From Epiperipatus broadwayi (taxonomy: Eukaryota > Animalia > Onychophora), in the NCBI GenBank assembly GCA_028023455.1, contig JAQFVV010000005.1, positions 14,322,001 to 14,386,000 on the forward strand: DNA of 64,000 bases, given 5' to 3'. The notes beneath the pieces are model-generated. The model saw only the letters and a program-made list of their open reading frames with translations, did not search any database and was not told where the DNA came from. How positions within the stretch are numbered: position 1 is the first letter of the stretch; each line of letters opens with the position of its first letter. Positions 37,850 to 51,098 of the stretch are shown here, one piece after another. Position numbers and translations under genes: made by a program.

Positions 37850-39700
37850 ATACATACATATAGCAGCCATTTATAAACTACTATGGCCATTTCAACTGCA
37901 AATAAAGAAAAAAACTGCTGTAGAAATGACTTTTGCAATGACTATACAAAACAATGTGGGAACCACAAATACATCCTTGGATAGACCATGCTTGTTCACT
38001 TTTGTGTTTGATATTTTATGATGCGGTCTTTTCATTTCATCCGGAGAAAACCTTTTTCTTAAATACTTGAATATCATCTCTAATTATAACTCTCCAACAT
38101 ATTTCTATTCTTTTCTACGTCTTCCCAATAAAAATAATTAATATTGCATTTATTTAATGTGTTTGAGATAATCCTCAATGTAGACAAGGATCTATTTTTC
38201 CTATGAAAACCATGCTCAAGTTCACCAGAAAATATTTACTTTAGGCAATCTTGTACAATAAAGCATTGTCAAAGTAATAAAGTGTTTCGTCGATTATTAT
38301 ATGGTATTCATTTGTTTTACATATCTAATCCAATAAATGTGATTTTACACTAATGGATTCTATAGTATCATATCTACTAAGTTGAAGAACATTCATTGCT
38401 TTTACAACTTTCCTATTGTATTTTAAAAATTTAGGAACATCTTTAAAAGAAACTTTTTTTAATACATTTATATTGCATTTATAGGATGTTCAAGCCTCGC
38501 ATACAATAAATGTGGTAAAATAACCACTATATATAGCTTACATGCAGCAGCAGTACATTGGAATCTGTTATACTCAAGATCTAAGTCCATCTTTCTACTT
38601 ATGGATTATGTTCTCAAGATGATAACTCTCCAAGCTAAAAGTTGCGGAGGATTTTTCTTCTTTTACTGGCTAATAAAGAACTTTAATTTTTTAAACTTTA
38701 ATAAATCAAACCTTTTAAATTTTGCATTCAAAACGTCTGTAAATTCTGTTTTGAATTAGAAAAAGTAGCATAATCATCAACAAACTAAATGCAAACAATA
38801 GAAATTCTTGTTCTTGCTTTTAATTAATTCAAATTACAAATTCCATCATAAAATCTGTATTGCAGGTAGTGTTATTAAGCTGTCTACCAAAGAAAACAGT
38901 CATATAAAATTGAAAACATTGTTGGAGCATATGTAGATCCTTTTTTTAATGTCAGATTTCATTTCAAATGTCTCAGACTTTCTGTTTATAGTAAAACATT
39001 TCTTGTCATTCCAACATCTACAAGTTCTATAGTATTAATAAATTTTGGTGGACAACCAACTAACTTCAAACAATTCCATAACCAGTATAACTAACTGAAA
39101 CAAATGCCATGACTAAATAAAAAGCATTATGTAAATCTTTTGGTCCCAGTAGTTTTATTGTATTTCTCTGTCAACAAAAATCATGTGTAGAGTCTTCTTG
39201 ATTGTCTGAAACTATACTCAATTTCTGATAAGAATTCATCTATAACTAAAAGCAATCTATGTAACAATTTCCTTGAAAGTACTTTGCTACTGTGGATGAT
39301 AATGATTTTCCATGATAATTACCCGAGTCTTGTCTATTTCCCTTGTTTTAAAACATTTGAATAATACAATTATCCTTGAGATCAAGCAACACAATGTAAT
39401 AGATCAATACATTTCCAAAAGTTCTTATATTTTTGAAGCTAATATTTTACCACCAAATTTTAAAGCTCCTCCAGGTATTTCATCAGAATCTGCAGTCTTT
39501 CCACTTTTAAAAATTACTAAAAGCAGTTTTGACTTTACTAAGATGGATATCTTTGTCCATAATATGGATATATCATTAAAAGGTGAATTCATGGTGTTGG
39601 ATTTTCTATAAAAGTCTAATTTAACATTTTCTACAAATTCCTAATGGTATCTATGAAAGGCTAATGGTGTTAAAATTTGCCTTCATAATAATAGTGCTCA
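37850..39700 (-). mobile_element. Degenerate RTE/BovB-like LINE, copy 2 of duplicated block
   Basis: The minus strand gives GKTADSDEIPG / ELLKFGG, matching 'GKAAGPD.IP.ELLK.GG'. Collinear with 21300-23105. Confidence 0.78.
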
Positions 39701-39769
39701 TTTTAATAGTAACTATGCTCTTATGTTGGAATCAGAGAAAGAAATCTTTTATTCATTGCTGGATAATAT

Positions 39770-39939
39770 TATATTAAACTCTATATGTTCTTCTCATGTA
39801 CCTTAATGCAACTTTTATATATAATTACACCCTTATTTTCCTTACAGTTTCGACTGTCCTGTAAGGAAAATAAAGGAGTAATTATATATAAAAGTTGCAT
39901 TAAGGTGTATATGAGGAGAGCATATAAGAGTTTAATATA
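39770..39939. repeat. Fold-back with about 77-bp arms and an 11-nt loop carrying half of a hammerhead motif
   Basis: ...cttattttccttacag tttcgactgtc ctgtaaggaaaataaag... The minus strand reads caggacagtcgaaactgtaag, matching the stem II/GAAA half of the 52.9/53.5 kb hammerhead family. Confidence 0.85.
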
Positions 39940-41462
39940 TATGAATATATGAAGAAAAATGCAAAGAAAGTGAAAAGAGAATATATAAGAATGCTGGATA
40001 GTATAATTAGGAAAAAAGTATCTGTGATCTATATATACATATGTGATATATTTACAATATACAGTGTAATCAAAGCTTATCAACAAACTGAAACCTGTTT
40101 TTCGTTATGATTGGGATTTGTAACAAAATATAGCGAATGTCACAGTTCTACTGTAATCATGTTATAAAAGTTAGCAATCATACATAGATCATATATATAT
40201 ATATTGTACCTAATTGAAGTGTCACTTAGTTCTAAGAGGTAATCAAGGTTATCTTAGCTTAACCTTTTGTTTAAAATTTCGGATTTAAAAAAAATAATGA
40301 TGATAAAAATGGAAATTAACTCAGTTAATTATTAAAATAGGATAATCTAAATATTTTAATAGTGTCAGTTGTTTTGATAAGGGATGTTAGGTAATAATTT
40401 AACATAAGCAAGTGTTAAAAAATAATGATAAATTGATAAATAGTATTAAATGTATTCTAAAATAACTACTGTATAATCCATTTTAATGTCTAAAGAATAA
40501 TAATTAGATATAAATAAATTGGAATAATTAAGTAATAAATTTTAAAAAAATGATATGTAAGTTTTTATTAAAATAATAAGAATATTTGTTATTAGTTTTG
40601 TAGTTAGCATTCAGTTATAAAAATTATTTAGATTAAGTATTCATTAACATTCTATTGTTGTAATTTTAAAAATAATTTTAAACAATTAATGTAATACCAG
40701 ACGTATGTGAGGATATGTGCATGCCTTGACATGGAAACATGAATAAAAAAATAATTGAATTCCAATATTGTTTAAAATAAATAAATAAAACAAATGTGTG
40801 GATAAAATTATTTCTATGAAATATTTATGGGTTTAATAAAGGGTATAACTTTAAATTTTATATTTCTTACTATTGTATTATATAAAATATCATTAAAAAA
40901 AGTATTGCACAATATTTGTTAATAAAATTTTGACTTTGCAGCTGAAGGTCACATGGTATGGGAAAATTATATTGATTATGTCAGTAGATTGATTCCACAG
41001 CTGGTTTGTCAGAATATTAAAATGTAATAAGAAATAGTTTTTATTGTTTTTTAAATGAATTGTAGGTGGATGAAAAATTGTGAGAGAAACGGAGATGCAG
41101 GTGTCATTCAAGGGGTGATCTTATTTTAATTCTACATGTGGCTGGATCTTAAAATTTTGTTAATAAAAAGTAATTTTATAAAACTTTATATTTTTTTTAA
41201 AAAAAATAAAAGTATGTTTAAAATAAATATTTAAAATCGTCTTGTAATGCTGGAGGGCTAAAAAAAGGTAATCGGTTTTCTGACAATTTTTCATTACAAT
41301 TGAGGCATTAAAAATTACGGTAAAATGTTTAAAGAAAATACAGCGTCTCATATTTCATTTACTTTTGATCTATTCATTTTTCTTTATTTAGAAGTAAAAC
41401 TTAAATTATTAAGTATTATAAATTTTTTTTTTTTTATTAAACGCCCATTATTATATTAAGTA

Positions 41463-41668
41463 ATAATTTACTAAGGCTGTAACCTTAGAAATAAGCGTCT
41501 GAAAAATATGAAGGTAGGGACCTCTATAGGTCTTAAAACACAAGCTTACGCTATGAAGAAAAGAGAGAATCTCTTCATAGCGTAAGCTTGTGTTTTAAGA
41601 CCTATAGAAATCCCTACCTTCATATTTTTCAGACGCTTATTTCTAAGGTTACAGCCTTAGTAAATTAT
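41463..41668. mobile_element. Mutator/Foldback-type MITE, 206 bp, 97-bp TIRs, 9-bp TSD
   Basis: Arms 41463-41559 / 41572-41668 differ at only about 2 positions. The direct repeat tattaagta lies at 41454-41462 and 41669-41677, exactly outside the TIRs. Confidence 0.88.
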
Positions 41669-43329
41669 TATTAAGTATTGTTATGGCTAAAGACTTTATT
41701 GCATTAAACTATAGTATATCTCTTATTAAATTAAAAATACACGTGAAGAAGAAATTTAAAAAGAAAGCCATTCAAACATTTTACAATATTAAAATGGAAA
41801 TGCATTAGCGTCTTTATAAATTAGAAGTGACATTAAATTTAATACTTTATTACTTAATACATGATATATACATTTAAATATGCTCTTAACAGAATAATGT
41901 TTCTATGGACAATATGTATTTTAAAATACTAATTCTCGTTTATGCCAGTAGTATGAAAAGAATCTGTTTGGAAATAAAGCTTTAAAAGAATTTAAAAATA
42001 TTATTAATGAACTTGTCTCTATCAAATGCATAATGTTTGGTTATAGTTGCCAGTACTTATAAGTAACTTTGTGACCGTTGATCTTAGTTCATAAAACTAG
42101 GAGCGTCCTCAATTATAAACCAAATATACTCTTATGTTTAAAAAATAAAAAGGAAATTTGTTTTAAAAAAATGCATTTTGAAATATTAAGAAGCGTTTTA
42201 AAAAAAAAAAGTGAGAGCTCTATTGTAAAAAATGTGTTTATCTAAAGAATAACAGTGAAAGTTAACTAAAAATATATATTATAATTATTCCGCGTTTGAA
42301 CCTAGGATTATAAATATAAAAAAATGTACTCAGCTGAAGAATTTATTTTTTCAATGCCTTATTATATGTATACTTATACTTATGCTACTCAGATGGAGAA
42401 TCTATTTTTCAAAGCCAACTTATGTTTTTGCTTATGATATTTAATTATTTTAATATTTAAAATTATCTTTAAAGATAAAAGAAAGTGAACGTGTTTATAT
42501 AATGAACTATTGAACATTTTCATTTGGAAATGATTGCCATATGTATAAATGTATTAATTGAAGCTTCGAATCTGGATAGATATCTTAACCTGGATAAATA
42601 ATTGTCTACACATTATGAAATGAAAAAAAAATCACGGAGCTGAAATATGAACTTGAGTTAATGTATTATTATTTTTTATGGTCTGTTTTATTGGTTTAAA
42701 AAAAAGAATGAAACCATAAAAAATATTTATGCTATTATTTTTTTTGTAACACTTTTTGCATAAATATACAGGTAAACTAGGGTTATAATTTTAAAACGAA
42801 ATAGGTTTATTTGAATGAGCAAATGTTTCTTGCCATTCTTAAGGAGATTTAGTTTATTTATCAAGCATTACACTAGCTAGTTTCTATTTAATAATTTTAT
42901 TATAGAGATTTAAATAGCTTTCATATAAATGGGATGTTTTACTCAATTTTATTTTAAATTTACTAGAGAAGTTTATCAGAGAGTATCCATTCATTTGTTT
43001 TATGAACGTTATATTAATAATAACTACAAATATTTTATATTCATTGAGAAGTAAATATTCTTGCATTTAATTTATAATTTTAAAAGTCCACTAGTCACTA
43101 TATTTTAGCATTTAATATTTTGTTATATGTGCATTGTGCCTTGCCTTGAATTTTATATGCATTTAATTTTAAAGTATTTTCTACAGTAGTCAGTTGACAC
43201 ATAGTTTGCTTTGTTGGTTCGAACATTGGATATACGTTTTGTATTTATAAATTTCTTGGAAATAACTTAGTTAGTTTAAGTGAAGTATATATCTTGCTAT
43301 TAGTTAGAATTTGTTAGCCTCAAGAGTTA

Positions 43330-43800
43330 GGCTTAGTTGATAATTTTTGAATATGCCTTATGGAGTCGAGAGTATCCTCCATCCTTATTGTAATGTGATT
43401 CCACGATTTGATAGTGCTTGTCCCCAAAAGAGGGTTATTATATTGTATTTTTCAGTGATGATAATCACATTCATAAGCATTGAAAATCCCATGAGAGAGG
43501 ATTGTGCTTTTCTGGTGGGTGTTCCTGTTCCCAGATGTACTGAAGATAAATTCTAAACATCGTTATTTTTGCCTTGAAGTTAGATATTTTTGGAAGCCAC
43601 CATATTCTTTTCCAGCTCTGAGGAGCCTAGTATCTTTATATTTTTGCCTATCATTCATGATGACTTAATGCTAATTCCACCACAGTAGATGATGTTGCAT
43701 TTGTTTTAGATTTGTGATGACAAGATATGCTTGTTTGAGGAAATGTATTTCTTCAGGTAGTTGTAGCTAATGTAAGGCTCATAGGTATATCAATATTTGA
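43330..43800 (-). mobile_element. Probable Penelope-like element C-terminal (GIY-YIG end) remnant
   Basis: The minus strand gives GIFNAYEC and NKDGGYSRLHKAY, like 'G+Y.IPC.C' and 'NRDGGY.L..AW' at PLE ORF ends. Frameshifted. Confidence 0.45.
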
Positions 43801-45589
43801 ATTGTGTTGCTATGATAGTTTTATCACACACAAGCTAACCAATAATAAGTTATATTTAATTTAAAGTATGTTATATATGCATATGGTATTAGTGTCAATT
43901 TACACATAATAATTTAATATTTTCATCCAGAATTTCGCCGCTGGATTTGTAAGTCTGTTACATCATTATCTTTAAAACATTGAGGGAATAATTTTATATG
44001 GACTAAAGTTATTTTAAAAAAAAAGTATAACTGATCTCTGATGAATGACTGTCCCATACACTTAATTTAGTTTAATTTTAATATTAGCTTAATCTGATTT
44101 AAACATATATTTAGCTGTGATATTAGTTATATCCGTGAAACTAGTGATGATATTTTTAAAAAGTATTGTTGAATACGCTAACTCCAACTTAGCGTTTGTT
44201 AAGTTGAGGAGTATAAAATTAAGCTTAGGGTTTTCAATATAAACATAGTTCTGTGTGTTATTCTGATTAGTAGATGGCACAATAATATTATCAATTAGTC
44301 TAATAAAGAAGAATAGTAGTGTGCTTATTAAGTACATATGATAATTAAAGTTTAAAATATTTTTTTGAGAAAAATATAATTATTAAAAGAAAGTAACAGT
44401 GAATAACCTTGGTCTGTTATTAAGTGTATTAGTGTAAATTAAATAAAACTGTTAAGAGTCCAAATAATTATATAAAATCTTAGCGCGGTATTGGCACTGT
44501 TTGTATTCTATTACATTTATAAACATTTCTTCTCATTATTAATAAATCAAATTATTATTATTTCAAAAGTTTTGTTTGTTTGTTTTGCTTTTATATGAAA
44601 ATATATCATTGTCTTGGGTTCCAAGTTCACAAAATCTTAAAATTTTAAAGTTATTGAATCTTCAATTCAGACACTCACAAGTATATTCTAAGTTAATTAA
44701 ATATAGTTGATATTGTCTTGAAAATTAAAAAAGCTATGTGAAAATAAGTGATTCTCATATTGAATCACAAATACAGATAATTGCATTATAGCAGATACAT
44801 AATTAAATACTTAATTAAAAGTTTATTTTTTTTAAATTATCAGTATATCTTTTCAGACTAAAGATTATGCAATATTGGTACTTTAGAAGAATATTTTAAT
44901 TAATACTATTTTAAAAGCTGCACATTATCTTATCTTATATTTATTGCACACTATCTATCATCATCTTAAATTTTATATATTTAAAGAATTCTAATCCATT
45001 TGCATTTGAGGTCTTTAGTGGTTGTCTGTGAGTATGGAAAGGCATTAAAAGTACTCTTTCTCTTTTCTCTGCTCAAGTAATATCTTAGATAATAGGCCAT
45101 TATTAGTTAAATTTAAATTGATTCATTAAATGTTGTGAATTAATATTTGTTTTGTTTATTATTTTAATATTGAACATATTATAATTATTTTATGGTCAGC
45201 TAAGATGTCATTTATTTATTACTAATCATAGTAATTCTTTGTTAGGCAACTTAACTTAAACTTTAATTTTACACAAGAGTGTTAGTTTTAAAATCCCTGA
45301 GGTTATTTACTCTTGTTGTTTTAGTAAATATAATTCTGTAAGATAATATTTTAAAGCAAAGCATCATAGGTTTTATTCAGAGAGTGTATAATCTATTAGT
45401 AGGACTAATATGGTAAGCATTAATTAGTGATTTTAGTAAATCTTTTGTATGGTTTATTAAAATATCAATAAGCTGTAGTAGATATAGTTCATCAATATTG
45501 GATTTGATCTTTACTTGATTATACATCTCTGGATCATCATCTCTTTTCTTTAAATTTATTGTAACCCCACTGAGCCAAGTCATTTAGAG

Positions 45590-46130
45590 TCTCTATATTT
45601 TATTTCATTTCAATTTTATTCCATTTCTTTTCATGTCATTTCTTTCTATCATCTCATTTCATTTCTCTCTCCTTTATTCTATCTTCTTTTTACATCTCTC
45701 TATTTCATATCTTTTCAATCATCTCATTTCATTTCTCTCTCCTTTATTTCATCTTCTTCTTATATCTCTCTCATATCTTTCTATCATCTCAGCCATTTAA
45801 AACACTTGTTAAGAGTTTCTTCTATCATCTCATTTCATTTCTCTCTCCTTTATTCCATCTTCTTCTTATATCTCTTTCATATTTTTCTCATCTCATTTTT
45901 TTCTCTCTCCATTACATATATCATTTCTATTACTTTTCCTCATTTCTTTTCCCTCTCAATTCTTTTCTTTTCCATCATTTATCTTTAGCATTTTCTTTTT
46001 TTTTTCTCTCTTTTCTCTTTCTCACACCCCCTCTAATTCTAGTAGGTTACAATTGGCCTCTCTCATTTCATTTTCATCTTTTATCTTTATCATTATCTTT
46101 CCTTTATTCCATTTTCCTCTTATCTCTCTC
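45590..46130 (+). repeat. CT-rich degenerate minisatellite / polypyrimidine tract (unit about 65-75 bp)
   Basis: atcatctcatttcatttctctctcctttatt recurs near 45647, 45718 and 45825; the plus strand is almost G-free. Confidence 0.85.
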
Positions 46131-46925
46131 TATATATATATTTTATCAGGTTACAATATATATATATATAAGTATAGAGGATTTGAAATATAACAACTCT
46201 GAATTCTTATGAGAAGTCGAGGTTTCCCTGCAATAAATTAAATACTTTCTCATAGTTGCAGGCTATTATAGCCTTTTAGCTTAAAATGGTTCAGAATTGT
46301 TACTGCTACATCATATAGTTCAGCTTGCTCTACTAGTTTTAACTGGTTGTTTTGATTATATCATTACTAAAAATTTTATGTCATTTTTACATAGAAATTC
46401 CCATTTACAAAATATATACATATGTATTATACATATAAAGATATTTTTTATATAGTATTTATTTATTAATAACATAAAATTGTTTAAAATATATTTATTT
46501 TTACTTAGCAGCAATTAAAACAATTAGCATTTAGTTTCATTAAATATATTTAAATAATAAAAGTACTTTAATAGGTAGTTTTAATACTTTATTAAGCATT
46601 TTTATATCATAGTAATCACATAAAAATTTAATGTACTGATTAAAACCCACTTCTTTCACTATTTATCATCTTATTTAAAATATAATTCAAAGATTTCTAC
46701 TACATTTCCACTTAGAAAATTTTCATTTTTAAATATAAAAAATAATTTCAAAAACATTCTTTTTCATGTGTGATCAAAATATTAAAAAACAATTGAAAAC
46801 CACAGATAAAAACAAGTGAACAAATGATTATTCATTAAAATCTATATGCAGTACAAATCCTCTTTTATAACTCAAAATATACCTCAATTATTATTTACAA
46901 AATATGTACATTTATATAGAATATT

Positions 46926-47168
46926 TAATAGTGATATTAGCAATTAAGCCAATGCACATGTGCTTTAAAGATAAATTATAAATGAATACTCTCACTTTTA
47001 GAAAAGATGGAATGAATCCACCCATCCTTTCGACCCAAACATTTATGTATGGGCAAATCTTAAGCGTATGGAAATGAGAGCGTGAAGATGTTAAGCAATC
47101 ACTTTAAATTACATTTATTATGCTTGAACAAATGATGCGCATTGGCTTAATCGCTAATATCACTATTA
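46926..47168. mobile_element. Small element with 34-bp terminal inverted repeats
   Basis: taatagtgatattagcaattaagccaatgcacat (46926-46959) vs atgcgcattggcttaatcgctaatatcactatta (47135-47168). Confidence 0.75.
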
Positions 47169-48056
47169 CAGTATAAAAACAATGCTATATAAAATAATAT
47201 CTCATTATAGAATTTTTTAAAAAAGAGAATTAATATGAAGAATAGTAATTAAAAACTTTGAATGATATTTATCTTGTTCAAACTTTGTCTCAATTCAAAA
47301 GTGAATATTTCTAGAAATTAAATCTAAAATGTAACTTCTATTTTCAATGGTGATTCAAGATTCTATTTGAAGTTATTTCAACACTTTCTTCTTTTATTTA
47401 ATAAAATAGACAGTGTATTGTAATAGGAATTAAACATAATATACTACAAATGTTTACCTCGTCTTGTTGAAGCATTATCCTCTATACAAATTTTCAGTTG
47501 GCTTAAAGAAAGGATAAAATATTAAGAGTTACAAAATGTGTGTTTAAAAAAAAAAAAGCCTGTAATAATCCCTGGAATAAATGGCAATTCAAAAAATTAT
47601 ATAAAGTTAAATACAGAATTTATAAAAAGCTGATTCATGTGGCAAAATCATATATGCATTTGCAAAGGACAAATTTGATTATAATATTTTTTAGAATAAT
47701 CACATAAGCTGTCGCAGCAATAAAACAGTAACAAAACAAAACCTTTCTAGCCTTTCTTTGGGATGTTTAAAAATATGTAATTTTCAATTAATTTGTACTT
47801 TAGTTTTATATATTTTTACAAGAATCTAATTTTATTGTTCACTTTATTGGAGTATGGCTTCAGTGACATTATGTAATATTGAAAATCAAGAAATGAAATA
47901 ATAAATGAGTGTAAATACACCTGGCCACATAACCCCCCCCCCCTAGTATTGGGGAAAAATTATAGAAAAATTAGAACTGTCACTTCTTTGGACAATGTCT
48001 ATTAATGCTTGGTTTCCAAAATCAGTAATGGCAGACAAATAACTATCTTATATTAT

Positions 48057-48266
48057 AAGATGTGATATGTTGGACTATTTCCATCATCAATGAGTGAATG
48101 TTGAATGTATAGAAAATTTAAACTTTATTTAAACTTTCCAAATACTGTATTAGTAATTTGTGTGTTATTACTAATAAGTTATTTGTATTTGGAAAGTTTA
48201 AATAAAGTTTAAAATTTTCTGTACATATCACATCTCATAATATACCATCATCATAAACCTTCAGAC
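48057..48266. mobile_element. Fold-back copy of the repeat that flanks the 59-kb Penelope-like remnant, with a 16-bp TSD
   Basis: Internal arms are 48107-48145 / 48185-48224. The direct repeat aactatcttatattat lies at 48041-48056 and 48267-48282. The sequence is shared with 58959-59100 and 59775-59857. Confidence 0.8.
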
Positions 48267-48717
48267 AACTATCTTATATTATATATTAAATTATAATTAT
48301 TACAAGAAAGATAAATTTCCTTACATCAATACATTTTGTTTAGAATTATTTGAGTACTTGTTTATTTATTGCAATAAAATAACAGACATATAATCATTTT
48401 TATGGTAATATATTTTGTCAAGAACACAAATGTTAGTTTTTTTAAAAACTTCTCTATTCATGAGGGTTATTACAATGGATCCACTGCTTAGTTTACTTAC
48501 ATTATAAAGATCATTTCCAATCTTTAGATCCCTCAGATAAAGTTCAATCAATGTCTTGTAAGCAAATAATACTTTTCAAATAAGTTTTTTTTTTTTTTAT
48601 CTTTAATAAAGGCTAATATACTGTTTTAATTGTTTTGAGATCATGTTTTATAGTTATATACATTAAAATCTTTCAAATTTTCATTAATCAGGTCTTATGG
48701 ATTGTTTTAAAACTGAA

Positions 48718-50460
48718 TTAACAGAATTGTATAAGAAACAAAATGATATCCTGATCAGTGAAATGATTTGCTTCATGGAGTTCCAAAACATTTTTTCAGC
48801 ATTCGTCTGGCACTCTTCAATGAAATTTTTTTATTTATTAACAACCAATTGCAATGGAGAATTATTTATATGAATATTTTATGTTTTATCAGACTATGTA
48901 TTTATAATCACACAAACTGCAATGAAATATATTTTCCTTCATATGAATTTTTTCATGTCTTTCTAAAAAAGATTTTCCAGCACTGAAAACGTTTTATCCT
49001 AAAATGATCTGCTTCATTTAACTTTAAATAACTTTTTATAATAGTATTGTTATTACTCTTAGAGGAATGAAAGGATTTTTCTTTTTTATGAGTTATTTCA
49101 TGACTTTTTAAATTTTGTTTTCTAGTTGTTTGGGAATTACACAAGATGCATTGGTAAGATTTCTATACAGTATGAATCATTTCATGTCTTTTGAAATTAT
49201 GTTTTAGAACAGTCTTGTAATCACATAAGCCACACTGGAAAGATTTTTGTTTCAGTACGAGTTTTTTCATGTAGTTTTAAACTATATTTTGTGATTGACT
49301 CATAATCACATAAGATTCAATGGAAAGGTTTGTGTCTGGCATGCATTCTTTCATGCAATTGTAATGGTCTTTTTGCAATAGTCTTGTAACTACACCGAGT
49401 ACATTGAAATGGATTTTCTCTTGTGTGAGTTCTTACATGTATTCTTGTAGTTACACATGGAGCACTTGAAAAAATTCTCTAGTATGCATTCTTTCATCTT
49501 TTAAATTGTAATTTTCAAAACTTTGAAATTTTACAATGAATATTGGAAATATTTTTTTCTATATGTGTTATTTCATGGAATTTTAAATGTTTTTTTGTGT
49601 CTGCCTTGAAATCATTCAAGACACAAAGGATTTTTCTCCAGTATGGATTATTTCATGTGATTTTAAAGAACCTTTTCCCTACTTGCATTGTAACTGCAAC
49701 AGATACACTGAAAAGGCTTTTCTCCTGTGTGAGTTCTTAAACGAAACGTTTAATGTATATCTTGAAGAAGCCATGTAATTGCATGAAAAACACTCAATTT
49801 TTTTTTGCCTGAATGAGATATTTTATGTAATTTTAAAATACTTTTTGTTTCTTGTTTTGAAATGATGATTCTTCTATATGAATTAAATTATGTATTTTAA
49901 AATTATCTTAAACTACAGTTTTGTAGTCATATACAAAACAACTTAAAAACTTTTTTCCCAATATGAATTCTTTCATGAATTTTTAGCAGTTTTATAATCA
50001 CATAAGGAACAGTGAAAAGGTGTATTTCCTATATGAATCATTCTTATTTGAAATTATCTTTCTGGATACTTAAAATCACACAAAGTGCACTGGAAATTTA
50101 TATCTGTATGAACTACTTCAAGTTGTTTATAACTCTATTTCAATAGTTTTGAGTCACATATAGAGCATTTTAGAGATTCCCCCCCCCCCCCAGTATATAT
50201 TCCTTCGTGTATAGGTATGGTTGACTAACATCAATTCTATAACAACTTAAGATGTTATGAAATCTTTTCTTTTCCATGAGTACATTTTCTGATTAATGCT
50301 AATTCATTGTTTAACAACTGTCTTGTAATATAAATTATAGTCAAAATATTTTTCCCTTGAATTAATCCTTTCATGTGTATTTTAAAGTTCATTTTTAGCA
50401 GTCTTGTAATTGTATATGGTGTACATGAAAGGTTACTGAATATGAATTTCTTCATGTACA
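48718..50460 (-). pseudogene. C2H2 zinc-finger paralogue with deletions and frameshifts (copy C)
   Basis: Collinear with 25590-28110, including the stop region and 3' flank. The part equivalent to the ORF is about 1.32 kb versus 2.09 kb. Only short ORFs remain (e.g. CNSQTTRKQNLKSHEITH). Confidence 0.92.
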
Positions 50461-50730
50461 GTACTCAATGTTTTGATTTCAGTTGTCATTTACTAATAAT
50501 AGTTGCTAAATTTTAGTTTTTTCATATTTAATTACCATAGTAATTTGATGCTTTGGTAATGTGATTATGCTGGTCGATATTTTAAATATTTTGCTAATGT
50601 TTTTTTATTATTTCCTAATTATTAATATATTTAATATTTTGATTTCTAGATGTATTTGATTTTTTTTTATGACTGTGCTTAGTGGTTTAACTTATTGGAC
50701 AAAATAACTGGAACACATGGTGCTCTAGAC

Positions 50731-51098
50731 CAGGGGTCCCCAACCTTTTTGCAATTAAGAGCACATTCTATAATACCAGCCAGGTGGCGGGCACCATTTA
50801 TTTTTTCAATGTAAATTTATAGTTGGATATTGTTAATAATACACACGATGTACAAAAAAATATTTATTTCAAAAATAAAATTTTAACATATAATTAACAT
50901 TTATATTTTTACGCTGTAAAAGTATAGTATGCCCTACAATTTGATTACAATATAATACAATAATTTATAAGAAATTTTAAAAATTAAATTTATTTGTATC
51001 AGATAAATAATTTTTTATCATGTTCGGATAGCGGCGGGCACACATAAAATGGTCTGCGGGCACCATGGTGCCCCCGGGCATAGGGTTGGGGACCTCTG
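50731..51098 (+). mobile_element. hAT (Charlie/Buster-type) MITE, 368 bp
   Basis: TIRs caggggtccccaacc / ggttggggacctctg; 8-bp TSD ctctagac at 50723-50730 and 51099-51106 with central TA. Confidence 0.93.

Noticed and set aside
39312-39611. 99-aa plus-strand ORF (and similar ORFs at 19142, 22691, 37205 and 58159)
   Set aside because: Antisense to LINE fossils.
39781-40086. 101-aa minus-strand ORF
   Set aside because: It runs through a fold-back and AT-rich sequence; composition is typical of a spurious ORF.
40900-41130. Possible plus-strand exons (DFAAEGHMVWENYIDYV; WMKNCERNGDAGVIQG)
   Set aside because: Short, with no recognisable family and ambiguous splice sites; cannot be supported without RNA data.
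40140-45260. Mitochondrial insertion (NUMT) suggested by extreme AT content
   Set aside because: No recognisable mitochondrial protein, rRNA or tRNA motif in manual reading; a BLAST against the mitogenome would settle it.
45806-45988. Hydrophobic 60-aa ORF as a membrane peptide
   Set aside because: It is a translation of the CT-rich minisatellite.
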